From NCBI GenBank assembly GCA_951406725.2, contig OX597821.1:55490001-55554000 (forward strand): a DNA stretch of 64,000 nucleotides, in the 5' to 3' direction. The stretch is from Octopus vulgaris (Eukaryota). The notes below the pieces were generated by a model. The model did no database searches. It saw nothing but the letters and a program-made list of their open reading frames with translations, and was not told the origin of the DNA. The translations under genes and the position numbers were made by a program. The stretch's first letter is position 1; each line of letters begins with the position of its first letter. Positions 40,752-54,279 of this stretch are shown here, in pieces.

Positions 40752-41757
40752 TCGGTAGCCTTATTTTTACATTACTAATACCTCTTGCGAACCAATCGTA
40801 GGATCTCTCATAACTTCATGGAATAACTGGACTGGCGTTTCCAGTGAGCGCAGGAGCGATGCCAGTTAGAAATTGGACACCTTATCATTACCAGTGGATT
40901 TCCACTCATGAGCCTTCGTGAATGTCATCCTTAACTTAGCTACTGTGATGTCTTCTCATTCTTGTTCTGGTAAGTTTGGTAGAATCCTTTTGTGTGTGTG
41001 TGTAATCCAATCTACTTTTTCATTTTAAGTATTTTCATCACTCTAGATATTTTACCGAACGTTTTCCACTTATTCCTTGGGAGGGGGTCTTCAACGGATA
41101 TTTTCTCCTTTCCTATTTCTCCGTAGAAGGTTTTCGCATTGCATGTGAACTGTTTATTTTACTTGTAAAACTTGTTTCTCGTCTCAAATCTTCGTATTCT
41201 TCGATCTTTTGCTTGAACGTTTTGTTGCAATGATTCTTTTGTTGAAAGCGGTTCTTACTTTGGTAAGAATCTATATTTTCTCTTCCTCTTTCCTCCTTTT
41301 CTGAATTCTACATTGTTTCAACAGATTAGTTCATTCAGTATTGATATTTCATTTCTGATTTTATTTCAATCTCTTTTTCAATTTTACTTTTCCAGTTTGG
41401 AATCCTTCTCAGATTTGCATTTCTTTGTTTCAATTGTCTTAGCAGCTATGTAAATAATTTCGGTTAATTCAGTGAGATCTGGTTTCAGTTCTTGGATAGT
41501 TTTTTTTGTAACATTATTTGCAATTTTAATATGTTTTATATGTTGGATTATATTTCAGAGATTATGCACTGGTCCTCTATCATGCATATTATCGTGTCTT
41601 ACAACCGCAAGAATATTCAGGATTTTCTGCTTCTTCTCTATCATAGACCCTCTATGTTCTTCAGTAAATATGTAGTCTTCAAATATTGTTTCTCTACTAC
41701 TTTCCTATCTCTATCAGGTTCATTAGAATCTTCCCTCGCTATCTTTATCAGGTTCAT
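40752..41757 (-). mobile_element. Decayed R4/Dong-like LINE internal fragment
   Basis: Minus strand EWKSTGNDKVSNF is homologous to ~44890-44930; both ends abut ATT/AAT arrays. Confidence 0.7.
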
Positions 41758-41809
<52 letters not shown>

Positions 41810-41810
<1 letters not shown>

Positions 41811-42396
41811 AGCCTCAGGGTGGTATAATCACCACCCTGAGGCTGTAACTGAAGGAGAAAATGTAACCATTATGTGGGACTTTCCAGTACATACAGACCG
41901 AACCATCAAGGCCAATAAACCAGATATTGTTGTGAAAGACCAAAACAATAAAGTTTGCTTATTGATCGACATGAGCATCCCCTGTGATCATAATATCTCA
42001 GCGAAAGAGTTTGACAAGCTCAGAAAATATAAAGACCTACTCATTGAAATCGAGAAAATGTGGCATCTCAAGGCGGTTACAATGCCAGTGATCGTAGGAG
42101 CACTAGGAATGATCAAGAAGGGAACCGAAAATTATATGAGAATGATCCCTGGCTTACCATCCCTGCAAGAAGTGCAAAAGATTGTTTTAACTGGTACATC
42201 ACACGTATTGAGAAGAGCATTGTCGATGTGAGAACTGTTGCTGCTCATGTATTTTAATTATAAAAAAAAAAAAAAAATTAACGAACTATTGAGTTTGGTT
42301 TAATGGCCTACCAATGTATACTATGAGTTTCTTTGCCCTAGGAGTCGGGAAGACACTCGGCAAGAAATGGAAGCAAATTTGAAAGAAGAAAAAAAA

Positions 42397-42397
<1 letters not shown>
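41810..42397 (+). mobile_element. Young 5'-truncated R4/Dong-like LINE with an uninterrupted REL endonuclease C-terminus and 3' UTR
   Basis: WDFPVHTDRTIKANKPDIVV...LIDMSIP...KLRKYKDL...PVIVGALG with no stops up to 42231; (AAT)n on both sides. Confidence 0.9.
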
Positions 42398-42469
<72 letters not shown>

Positions 42470-42502
42470 TAATAATATTAACAACAACAATAATAATAAT
42501 AA

Positions 42503-45500
42503 TGCGAGACACTGGATGAAGACGCTAGCCTCGACTGCGGCTGGACGGGTGCTGGACGTGTTCTTCGCTGCTCTGACCAGTCAGTAGCCGAAGACACAGA
42601 CACACTAATACAACCTAACAGGACAACTGGGAAATAACTCTCAAAAACTGGAACATCTACAATTTCCTGTGAGTATTTAAATTTCTCTTAAAATAAGTTT
42701 ATAAACTTACATATCTACTGTTTTCTCCGGACAAACACGGAAACGATCACCTTTACAAACCTTAAAACTTTAATATCTACAACTTATATGAATATATATC
42801 TTTCCTTTCTCTCCGTAAAACTGTAAATATTCTTTTTATTGCCAGAACAGAACAGTACAGTTTTTCTCTGTTCGGGCATGCAAAACATCATCACTAGAAA
42901 AATTTTAAAGTCTAATATCTACAATTTTCTGTGGAAATTGTACTCTTTCTTTTCCTTCCTCCGTGAGTATTTGAAAATTTAAACATCCATTTTATTGCAA
43001 GAATACTGCAGACAAACGATTATCTTTAGAAAGTTTAGAAAATTTAATATCTACAATTTTCTGTGAAAATTTTACTCATCTTTTCTCCCTAACTACTCCA
43101 ATGTGTAAACATACCTTTTATTGCAACAACACTATTAAAGGCACGATAAAAACTAAGGAATTAAGCACCTGTAAGTATATACAAACTGCACAATTACGAA
43201 AACGTAAACCACAGCAAAACCTGTAGGAAGAAAGCAAACATTCAAAAATTCAACGATCTAAAAAGTATATATACATGATTATTTTTTCTATCAGTAATTA
43301 AAGCAGAGCAAGGTGAATTGGTTGTTTCCAAGGCCAATGTCAGCGCTGTCAATGATCGCTAGTAGTTGTAAACACATTTGACCTCTGCTGACCGCAACGG
43401 TATGAGGCTTCTTTTATTTTCTTGATCGCACATGAATGCGAAGCCCCATTGTTGATACCCTACTCACGATCTGTCAAACCTATATTCGCGAAGCTGCTCA
43501 CTTTCTCCTACTATCCTCTCCAATCCTCACATATTTATGATTATCCCAATTACAAGACAAACTAAACAACATTTAATAATACCACTCAGGATTTGGACCA
43601 AAGATTGAAGACTTAGCGAAATAACGGTTATGCTCTCACCATGACTAGAAAGGTTAACCACGACGATACAGATCAAGGCACTATTGGGGGTAACTAGAGA
43701 TGAACAATGCTGTAATAGCAAGGTTAAAGTAAGTGTAACGGTATTGATGACAGAATTGAAAATAGTAGCAGATACAACAACCGTCTCTACTTCTACTACA
43801 GAGAGATCAATAATAATGATTTTAAAAGAGCACAAATATGTCTTACGAAACAAAAATGAAAACTACAACAGTACACCAAATCGCTTGTCCTGTGGTTTAT
43901 ATGGAAGCACGTCTCTCAGGAGAGGCCCAGCCTGGGGTCGAAAAGTCATCCACTAGCACAAACTCTTCTCTGAATATGAACCTGGACGGTCACTTGAACG
44001 GGAACTGCCTCGACTCGAGCCCTCCAAATCCACCACCACACCTACCACAGAAAGAAAATGTAAGAAGATCAAACGGACCCGAGAAGAGTATACAGAAGTA
44101 ATATACGCCTATTCCTATGTATTAGGTGGGCTATCTGAAGAGAAATACACCGCACACTCTTATCAAATATGCAGAACACGAAATCAAGAGAGCCGACAAT
44201 ATTTGCACGAAAACAAGTTGAGAAAATGTTAGGAGAAATATCATCAAAAAATAAAAGACTCACAGATAGAGAAATAACCGCGAGTAGGTCGAAATATAAG
44301 ATAGAATGGAAATAAAGAACCAGAGGAAGAGAGCAACTCTCCTGGAGACTAAATTGAAAGGCTGCCATCTGACAAGAACACGCAAACATCTGAAGAAATA
44401 AATTGTAATGGAAATGATAAAGATAGCGAGGAAAGTGGCAGGGAAACAATAACTGAGAACTACACCTTTTACTGAAGAAGATAGAGAGTTCATAAGAGAA
44501 ATCAAGTAAAAAAAACTAATGAACTAATCTGTGGAAACGATGTAAAATCCAGAAAAGGAAGAAAGATGAAGAGAATATATACATTTTTACCACTTACAAA
44601 AAAAAACAAAACAATAAAACACCGCAACAAAAAGTCCAAGCAATCGATCAAAGGATAGGAAGATTTGAAACGAGAAACAATTTATACAAGCAAAACAAGC
44701 TGTTCACAGAGAAATAGGTGAGGAGAAAATAACCGATGGAGACCCAATCCGGTGGAATAAGTTGAAATTATCTGGAGTGATGAAAAGCGGGCTAGACTAG
44801 ACGCACAAAAGGATCCTACCAAAACTTTCCAAAACAAGCATGGATAGATATCCCTATAGCAGACCTAAGGATGACACTCACGAAGGCCCATGAGTGGAAA
44901 TCCACTGGTAATGATAGGGTGCTAAATTTCTAGCTGTTATCGCGCCAATTAAGTTATGAGAGTTCCTACGAAAGCACCTGGTTGGTTAGCAAGAGGTATT
45001 ACTCACTTAATCCCAAAGAATAATGGAACCAAATTTCTCCCAAACTATCGGCCCATAACATATCTATTTACCTCATTAAAAAATTTTAAATCCAGCCTCG
45101 TGGAGAAAACATACAAATTTATAGTAGAAAACGATAATTGCCCCATTGAGCAATAAGGATGCCGACGGGGATAAATGGATGCAAGGACCAACTCTTAGCC
45201 GATTGCATGATCCTTGAGAACTGTCATAACAAACGCAGGAATCTTAGTTCCACATCGATTGATTATAATGAGGTCTTTAACAGCATTCCACATTCATGGA
45301 TCTGAACATGTTTGGATATCTTCAAAATTCCTCGAGTGATTTCAAACTCCCTGAAGCACATGTCAGTGTGGAATACGAATCTTCACTTATACCAATCTAA
45401 CGGAATACTGATCACAAAAAATATTAATATCAACTGCGGCATTTTCCAAGCTGACTCACTTTACTCTTTAATTCTTTGCATAGCCCTAATACCCATTACA

Positions 45501-45540
45501 AGTGAACTAAACAGAACAGGGTATGGATATAAAATCGGAG
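42503..45540 (+). mobile_element. Decayed R4/Dong-like LINE, 5' region through RT
   Basis: RT motifs LIPK, NYRPIT, GCKDQLL, IDYNEVFNSIPHSWI, GIFQADSL; 5' end abuts (AAT)n; ~120-bp internal repeats at 42650-43090. Confidence 0.8.
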
Positions 45541-46591
45541 TTGAATGTGCGTAACAAGGTGTTAGCCATAAATTCCTTGGCAGTTCCCTTTGTTATTTAC
45601 AGTTTCAATGTGTTGAACATATTGTGAGATTTTAAATTTACGTCAAAATTTTCAATTCTATTATATTGAAATAATTTTCCTCGTTAAATCTGATTTTGTT
45701 ATTTATTCATTCCAGAAAAATTGCAGAAAAATGTTACTGAGGTTTAAAGTTTAATTAATTTTACCTAATCAGAAAACAGGATTTGGAAGCTGGCTTTTTC
45801 AGCATGATAGCTGTCTATCACAAAATGTAAGTAAAATCATTATGAGGAGGGATTTTTTACTTAAGAAACGAAAGCAAAGCATTATGACGACCAAAATTGT
45901 AAGAACTTCTGTAGTTTTAATCAATTTTAATCAATACAGTCCTGTGAAGCGGTTGAACAGACATTTAATTAATTTAAAAACGAAAACAATCCTCAACGAA
46001 AATGTTTTGCAAAAATTGCATAAATATGTCCTGATCAAGAGGCCTATCTGTCGAGGAAATCATCGTCTGACATAAAATAAGCGAAAATTTATATAAGTAT
46101 TTTTATTGTAAAAGTTTCCTGGCAACGGCTGTCTATTCAGCTGATATATATATAAAATATACCATAAAAATGACATGACAGTTAAAATGGATAGTTGGAA
46201 TTTCAGCAACATTGGTGCTGATTCAGAGGAATGATAAGTGATACACAGATGGGTTGGTGGCCTTTATAGTAACAGTAAATAAAGAAATATAGTAAAGTAC
46301 AAAAGAATATGCAACAAGAAGTGAAAATATTGAAAATAGTGGCAATTAAAATGAGTAGAAGGGAACGGAAAAGGAAAAAGAAAAGAAATATTAGCCCCAG
46401 GGGTACAGATTTAGAAGGACAGTCAGTGGTTTAAAGGTAAGTAGATAGCTATTTTAATGATAGTCAAACCCATAGATAAAAGAATTCAATAAAATAAAAA
46501 TTAATAATAACTAAGAGGGTGGTGCTTCAGCATGGTTGCAGTAAAGATTGACTGAAACGTGTAAAAGAATAAAAGAATGAGAAAAGTATAA

Positions 46592-46992
46592 TCTTTATAT
46601 ATAAAAGAGAGGTTGTGTGCTGTCTGTCTCCTACGATTTACATTCCTAACTACTCCAACATTTTGCGGTGCAGTTTAACCAAAATCGGGTATCTTATAGT
46701 CGTGATTCATATCGAGCCCTTCTGAGTATTAGCGCGCGTCTACGATGAGTCTACGATTTAAAAAAAAATTTACCATCAATTTTTCCCATTATTAATGCAT
46801 TTTTGGCATATATATAAGGGAAGTAACTCTCTAAAAATCTATTAAATCTCAGAACGTAAAAAGCTACAGTAACACCCCCCCCCCCACTTTGTTGTTAGCC
46901 ATATTGAGATGTCTATTATACTTTACATCTCTAAAAATGCTTATATAGTTATTTCCCTTACAAACCCGAGCAACGCCGGGCGATACTGCTAG
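46592..46992 (+). mobile_element. Non-autonomous Helitron (401 bp)
   Basis: Begins TC after host A, has subterminal hairpin cccgagcaacgccggg, ends CTAG before host T; no TSD. Confidence 0.85.
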
Positions 46993-47119
46993 TATAAAAT
47001 GAAATGTAAAGACAATGCAGGAACGTTTGGGGATATTGGTGAAGACATAAAGATGTATAAACATGTAAAGAAAAGTACTGGAAAAAGTTATTGAAAAGAT
47101 ATTGAGAAATATATTTAGA

Positions 47120-47333
47120 ATACTCTTTTACACTTTCACTTGTTTCAGTGATTTGACTGCGGCCATACTGGAACACCGCCTTTAGTCGAGCAAATCGACC
47201 CCAGAACTTATTTTTTGGAAGCCTAGTACTTATTCTATCGGTCACTTTTGCCGAACCGCTAAATTACGGGGACGTAAACACACTAACATCGGTTGTCAAG
47301 CGATGTTGGGGGACAACACAGACACACAAACAT

Positions 47334-47408
<75 letters not shown>

Positions 47409-47562
47409 TAGGACGGGCTTCTTTCAGTTTCCGTCTACCAAACCCACTCACAAGGCTTTGGTCGGCCCGAGGCTATAGTAGAAGACACTTTCCCAAGCTG
47501 CCAATCAGTGGGAATGAACCCGGAATCATGTGGTTGGTAAGCAAGCTACTTACCACACAGCC
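47120..47562 (-). mobile_element. SINE family 1, near full-length
   Basis: Reverse complement of 47798-48245. Confidence 0.9.
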
Positions 47563-47797
47563 CAAAGGATATTAAATGATTCATATTATGATAATTAAGA
47601 AATGTAGAACGAAATGTAGAACGAATTAGAAATGTAAAAAGGAAAAATATAAAAACCAGAAGCATGAAATAAAGAAATCATAGGCTAAACTGGTAAAGTA
47701 TACTGAGTATAGTAAAACAACGAAAACAAAATACATTCTATGGGTTTGAGTATTGTTTTTTCCAATAGTTTCCACTAAACGGATATATATATACATA

Positions 47798-47971
47798 TAG
47801 GCGTAGGAGTGGCTGTGTGGTAAGCAGCTTGCTTACCAACCACATGGTTCCGGGTTCAATCACACTACGTGGCACCTTGGGCAAGTGACCTCTACTATAG
47901 CCTCGGGCCGACCAAAGGCTTGTGAGGAGTTTTGGTAGAAGGAAATTGAAAGAAGACCGTATATATATATG

Positions 47972-48023
<52 letters not shown>

Positions 48024-48245
48024 TGCGTGTGTGTGTGCGTATGTGCTTGTCCCCCCAACATCACTTGACAACCGATGCTGGTGTGCTTACGTCCCCGTAA
48101 CGCAGCGGTTCGGCAAAAGAGACCGATACAATAAGTACTAGGCTTACAAAGTACTCATTGTCTGGGGTCGATTTGCTCGATTAAAGGCAGTGTTCCAGCA
48201 TGACCACAGTCAAATGACTGAAACAGGTAAAATAATAAAAGAGTA
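47798..48245 (+). mobile_element. SINE family 1, full-length
   Basis: A box gtggctgtgtgg, B box gggttcaatc, CORE-like caccttgggcaagtg, internal (TA)n(TG)n, A-rich tail. Confidence 0.9.
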
Positions 48246-49193
48246 AAGAGTATACACGTGTGTATGTGTGTGTGTTTGCGTGTGTATGTGTGTGTGTGTT
48301 TATGTATTTAGCGACGGTGCCATGAGTGAAACAGGTACAAGATAAAAGATAGAAGATATGTATATTTATATATGCATACGACTGAACAGACAAAGAAATG
48401 GAAGCACCGCGTGTATTAATAATAATACTCATACGCATTTAAGTAATTAAAACAGTTTGATCCGGCTCCGTGAGAGTTATAGTTTCGTAACGAGCTACTA
48501 GCAGAAACACAGCGCTTTCAGACTTGGATTAGGGAATGGAGAAGTGCAGAAACTCCAAGAAACGCTCACAGATAGTATGTATGTATGTATGTATGTATGT
48601 ATGTATGTATGTATGTATGTATGTATGCATGCATGCACACCCAATACGGCCGAGTGCTTATTAAGGCGCTAACTTTGTAAGTGAAATTGGGTAGATCGAA
48701 ACTGTATAGAAGTCTACCAGGTGGATTTTACATGTAATTCAGAAAGACAAAGACTTATCACTTACTTTGTTACGCTGATTCTAATTAAGCATTGCATTAA
48801 TGTTACAGGCGTCTCTGAAATTCTTAGATATATATTGATTCAGAGAGAGCATGTAATGAAGTTCATTGAGCAGCCGAATCCACCGACAGGCCCAGCGCCG
48901 CAAGGCTATCTATGTAGCCAATCGTTTTATCTGTATTTATTTTTAGATACATTTCAAAATGCATTCATGTTGATATGTCTCAGAGATTTATACGATTTCT
49001 ATTGAATTTGTTGCTAAACCCTTTGAAATCACATTTGAATCCTCTCCGGAAACGGACAGTAACCGAAAGCTGAATCCGCAATAAGTTTGTAAGAAAAAAA
49101 TTATAGCTGTCATCATTTACGACATGATGTAAAGGAATGAGTTGCACGATAAAATATAAAAAGATAGTCGATTAAACGCGAATGTGTGTACGC

Positions 49194-49234
<41 letters not shown>

Positions 49235-49380
49235 CATGTTATTTCAACAAGAATCCTAAAAAAAGTTCTTGTCTGAGAAACTTTCAGACATTTTTGAATA
49301 TATCTCTATGGATTTGTCATATAAAAATAACATGCACACACACAATAACACACACACACACACACATATCTATATACATT

Positions 49381-49429
<49 letters not shown>

Positions 49430-49621
49430 GTGCTTTTTAGTAAAGCTGCAAAATTATCGCCGAAATGTTACTTGCAGTTTGACGCTCCCGTTCGTCGGAG
49501 AGTTGTCAGAACAGTCCTGTAATAATTTTGTAGCTTTAATAAAAAGTATATTACTCTACCTTTAGTATTCGAGTACTGCTTTGACCACATTTCCATTGCA
49601 CTTATCTGCTCGCCACTGTGT

Positions 49622-49662
<41 letters not shown>

Positions 49663-49734
49663 CATATATATATATATATATATATGTATACACACACACA
49701 CAGAGGCGAGCAGATAAGTGCAAATATATATAGA

Positions 49735-49771
<37 letters not shown>

Positions 49772-49799
49772 CCAGAGTTAAGGAATGGAATAGATAATA

Positions 49800-50300
49800 T
49801 CTGGGCTACATATATTTCATAGCGAGAGGAATCTCAGACGTGGTAAATATCCAAGTGAGGTGTATACTGCAGGTTACTCTTGAGGCTAAGGATATCTTGA
49901 TTAAATGAAAGTTTACATTGTCGCAAGGGTGTACAAGTCGCCACAGAGACTCTTTCCCACCCAGTTACGAAAAATCCAGACATTTTAAGGTGGTGTGAAG
50001 GAAAGAAAGTTGTGAATCTAGTCAAGATAACGGTCCCTCATGAAGATAACATGGACGCCACTCGGACTCGAAATATTAACCGTTATATAAAGTTCCTTGA
50101 GGAATGTGAAGACGCAGGCTGGAAGGCGGAGCATTTTCCAACGTAGAGGATTTGTTGGACGCAGTGTGAGATCTCTGATGTTATCGTTAGTCCTAACGCA
50201 TCGTAAAGTAAATACCACCATGACCGATATCCCAACTAGAGTAGAGAAGGCTATCAACTGGATTTGGTTAAAAAGATACGATGAGTGAACCACATCTCAT
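49800..50300 (+). mobile_element. HERO-like LINE 3' fragment
   Basis: PDILRWCEGKKVVNLVKITVPHEDNMD...RYIKFLEECEDAGW...RGFVGRS...KAINWIWLKR. Confidence 0.8.
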
Positions 50301-53300
50301 CTATCTTATTAAATATGTGTGTGTGTGTGTGAGTGTGTGTGTGCGTACGTGTGTGCGCACTGCTTTATCTAGTTGGACTTGGTCTATTAGTGTATTCAAT
50401 TTTTCATTTGTTAATTTCTTTAATCCCTTCAAGTAAACTTCGTAATTTCAGTAAAGTCCTGGTTTATGTCGAGTGTTAATTACCTGAAATAAATTTACTA
50501 TCTTTATTTTCATATATTTGTTATTTATTTCTTTGCATTTCACTTTCTAACAAATGTATTATTGAATCTCCAAATACATTTGTATCCCTTATGTATCAAA
50601 TGAATTACATAAATTGTGCAACGGTTTGACAGACGGAGGTATGATGAAATATCCATGATAACTGAAACGAATAAAATATTAACTTATGACTTCAAAGAAT
50701 AGTAAAGCACACTGCACCTTTGTTTCTCAATAGCTATTGTGATTTCAATCTTCCAATTTCGCATGAAAATACTTCCAAACTATCTGAAAGGCAAGAATAT
50801 TGATTTGGTACTTTGACACGCACACCACCACAAAGGTACAAGGGAAAGAAATAACTGATTTAATCAACTGCCAGCATAATATTGTGGATTATCTTATTTA
50901 ATGAAGGCCAGGAATATGAAAGCCAGAGAATCAACTCTAAACTTCTACATACACGTGTCTAATTAACACTGTCATCTTACTACACAGGGATACCAATGTT
51001 GACCACATCTCACCCTCAACCTCCAAAGTTGCGTAGCATATATTACGTAGGATTCTTCCCAAATGATTGACATGGGTCATAGATCAATTTTTATTGTTTC
51101 ACCTATTCATTGAACGGGTAGATCTATATTGATCAAAGTCCGAGCTACTGCTGTGAATATTTATATTATGATCTGTAAGGTGTAAAATTATATGCTCCCA
51201 CCAGCATACTTTTTATATTGAAAACAACGTGACGTCCCAAGCTTTTGGACAGTACTTTAACGTATTTTGGAAACTGTCTAAGACACAAATACGATGAGAC
51301 CTTTAAGTCACTGTATAACATTTTGAATGAAATTGTGTTGATTTTTGCATGATTATGCATTGCAGTTATACGTAAATGTTATAGAAAAGAGGTGGGTTTT
51401 AAATATTGTTCGTTTCGAATATTTTCACTTCTTTTTATTTACTCTGAATATCAAACTGTGTCAAATTCTTGCGATATACCCTTTAGTTGTGATTATCAGT
51501 ATAATATTTCTAATGTTTTATTTTTTTATCACGGAAACATTGTCGTGATGTGGCGTTTAAGTTTATTTAATTTCTGTGTATTTAGGCAGGTGTATTTAGG
51601 CATACTATTTAGATAGTATGATTTAGGCAGGTGTATTTTAGTCGGAAATAAAATCAATCACACCAGGGAATAAAGCAGATGATAAGGATTCAAGAAACTG
51701 AAGGTTATTATACACCCAAATAAATAGAATATATTGAAGAGTTCCACCGGTGTTTCAAATTCAACACTACGAGCGTCATATTCAAGTTTGTGTAAGTCAT
51801 AGAATATTTTAGTGTATGTGACTGGGTCAAGGTGCACTTCTTAATGATACAATTCACCGTCATGTTTATTTAGGGAAGGGTTTGTCTGGAAAAACATTAC
51901 AAAATTTGTTTATTATAGGAGTTAACTGTAAAACACAAATCTGGATGGCAGTAAGGGAAATAAAACCGTTATGACTCGGCAATTCTCACCCTGCGGTATT
52001 GGATGATGGAATAATCATAGAAGATTAGTGATTATAAAACGCAAATCGAAGATTACAACAAAGCTATCAAGATGCCAAGGTGGTATTTTTGTTTCAATTT
52101 TTATAGCAGAATATTTCTCATTTTTCTTGCAGAATTTTATAAGGATGAAGCAGACGTTTGACGTCAATATCAATTTAATACTTAATCTATTTCCCGATAG
52201 AGTTGTAAAATTTTGAATTTCATTTATTGTCAATAAATCAGTAATTGTTTTTTTTTACCTTCTTTGTCCAGTTTTCTTATATAGGGCCACCCATATTATA
52301 GCCATCGCACCATTAGCTTAATAATTTGGTATTAATTCTAAGTCAGGAATCACGTTTCTGTTAGGGTTGTTATTGGTGATATTTTATTTAGCCGCTAGGT
52401 AGTGGACTTGTAATTAAAAGCGTTCCAGCCGTGATTGTCGCATCATATTTTAAAACCTGCTTATTTCGCTCGTTTATCGAACGTATACTTTATTTTTAGG
52501 ATAGTGATTGCATTTGACTGATATTTCTAGCAGGTCGAACAACGATGTAAATGCTTCTTTGTTAGAATAAGTCTAACACTGAGGTGAAATGTAGTTGAAA
52601 CACTTCAATCTGTTGACTTCTACTGGATGTAGTTAACCACTACCTCTTGGATTTGACCTCTTCTGAACCTATTTTCCCTATGCTTACTTGTTTGACAATT
52701 GTTTCAATATCTTGCTTTCCCATAATCTCATTTTTATCATTTGTAAGCATGTAAACCTTTCAAAGTATGATTTGTCATAAACATTCCTTCTACTGATTTT
52801 CTTGTCGTTGTTGCTCAGGTCATTGGTTTCGGACTAGTAGTAGTGGTAGTTGTAGCTGTTGTTCTCGATGTTGTCGTTGTTGCTGCTGCTGTTGTTATTG
52901 TCGTTGTTGCTTTTATCAATTTAAGTCATGTTGAAGCGGGTGGATTGAATGGAGTTAGTGGAATGCTCATTTCATTGTATCGTTGATATTCAGCTTCTGC
53001 TGTGTTCTTGGTTTGTCAAGGTTACAAAATTTTATTCTTGTGTTGGAAATGACTTGATTGTTGAAAATACAGAGAAATCTGAAATGTCGAGTGACTAAAC
53101 TATTCTTTTGCGTCTAAAAGATCTTTTCTAAAGAATGACTATGTTTCAAGAAAGAATCATGCAAGCGAAGGTTCCATTCAAAATTGTAGATTGAAATTAT
53201 AATGGAAAGGTTAGACTTATTATCCACTCGATGCAGTACGCCCACGTATGCCAGGAACATATACTGAGGGACACGGGCCGATTTACGCACACGCACGAAG

Positions 53301-53645
53301 CGTATACACAAGCAAACACCAATGATGTTGTTCGGTAAATTAAAAACACAATAGCATGTAATAAGAAGAGTAAAGAGTGCACCGAAGTGGTTGATAACTA
53401 AGTAAAATTCTTTAAAAGGATTCGTTTTTTCTTACACGAAACATTGGTTCAAAAGCAACCAATATCGATTTCTATATTCATTCTGTGCAAAATAAATAAA
53501 TTCCAGCATCTGATTGGTTCCGTTATTTATGTTAAATCGCCGCTCCCAAAAGTTTTAGACTTGATGGAATGAAGGAAATCATAATTTTTGCTGAATTGTA
53601 GATTACTCATGTAAATTCCTAATAATAATACTAACGAAACGTATA

Positions 53646-53830
53646 AGGCGGCGGCATGGCAGAACCCTTAGTACGTTGGCTTAGCGGCATTTTGTCCGTT
53701 TTCACCGTCTCGGTTCAAATTTCGCCGTGTTTGACTTTACTTTTCGTCTTTTCGAGGTCCATAAATAAGTATCATATATAATTGACATAACACATCTCTC
53801 TAAATCGTTGTCCTTGTCTCAAAATTTTAA
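53646..53830 (+). mobile_element. SINE family 2, degenerate copy
   Basis: aaggcggcggcatggcagaa head and ttcgaggtccataaataagta. Confidence 0.7.
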
Positions 53831-53832
53831 AC

Positions 53833-53937
<105 letters not shown>

Positions 53938-54217
53938 TAGCATCGCCCTCTCGAATGATAGAAAATAGCACATCAACACAAGTGGAAAAACCATTAATAA
54001 ACGTCAACAATATAGTAGATATATGTACAAGAACAAAAGGGAAGAACTTGAAGAATCAGATACGATTGTAACATCGCAGTTGAAATTATTACCCACATAA
54101 TGTTTGTTGGTGTGTATGTGTGTATATATATATGTATATCATAATTTCTATCCTACTTACTCAGCCACAACCATAGATTTAGATACGAATGAGTAGATAA
54201 GTATATATATGAATATA

Positions 54218-54261
<44 letters not shown>

Positions 54262-54279
54262 TGTGTGTGTGTTAATAAC

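Larger units (their letters stand above)
31860..52200 (+). pseudogene. Relic C: decayed LRR-LRRCT-stalk-TM receptor gene stretched by insertions
   Basis: NTQLRFVYIKCNNF (~31887-31928), NLFQKWERLVQCYLSCNSIIFPL (32540-32608), MLFSSLK*RQVLFIS (~32653), NLYQLINIQVL*QRNKI (~34027), YESLKKLSVEGKQL (~34258), NILKYLSNHFFSNMPQ (~36495), EILNLRQNF (~45626), DETFKSLYN (~51293), LRRCT-like IPFSCDYQ (~51476), TM-like GGIFVSIFIAEYFSFFL (~52079). Confidence 0.62.

Noticed and set aside
20900-52200. LRR relics as functional genes rescued by A-to-I editing or micro-exon splicing
   Set aside because: Frameshifts are frequent and editing cannot repair indels; I saw no consistent splice-site pattern. RNA-seq would be needed to exclude it fully.
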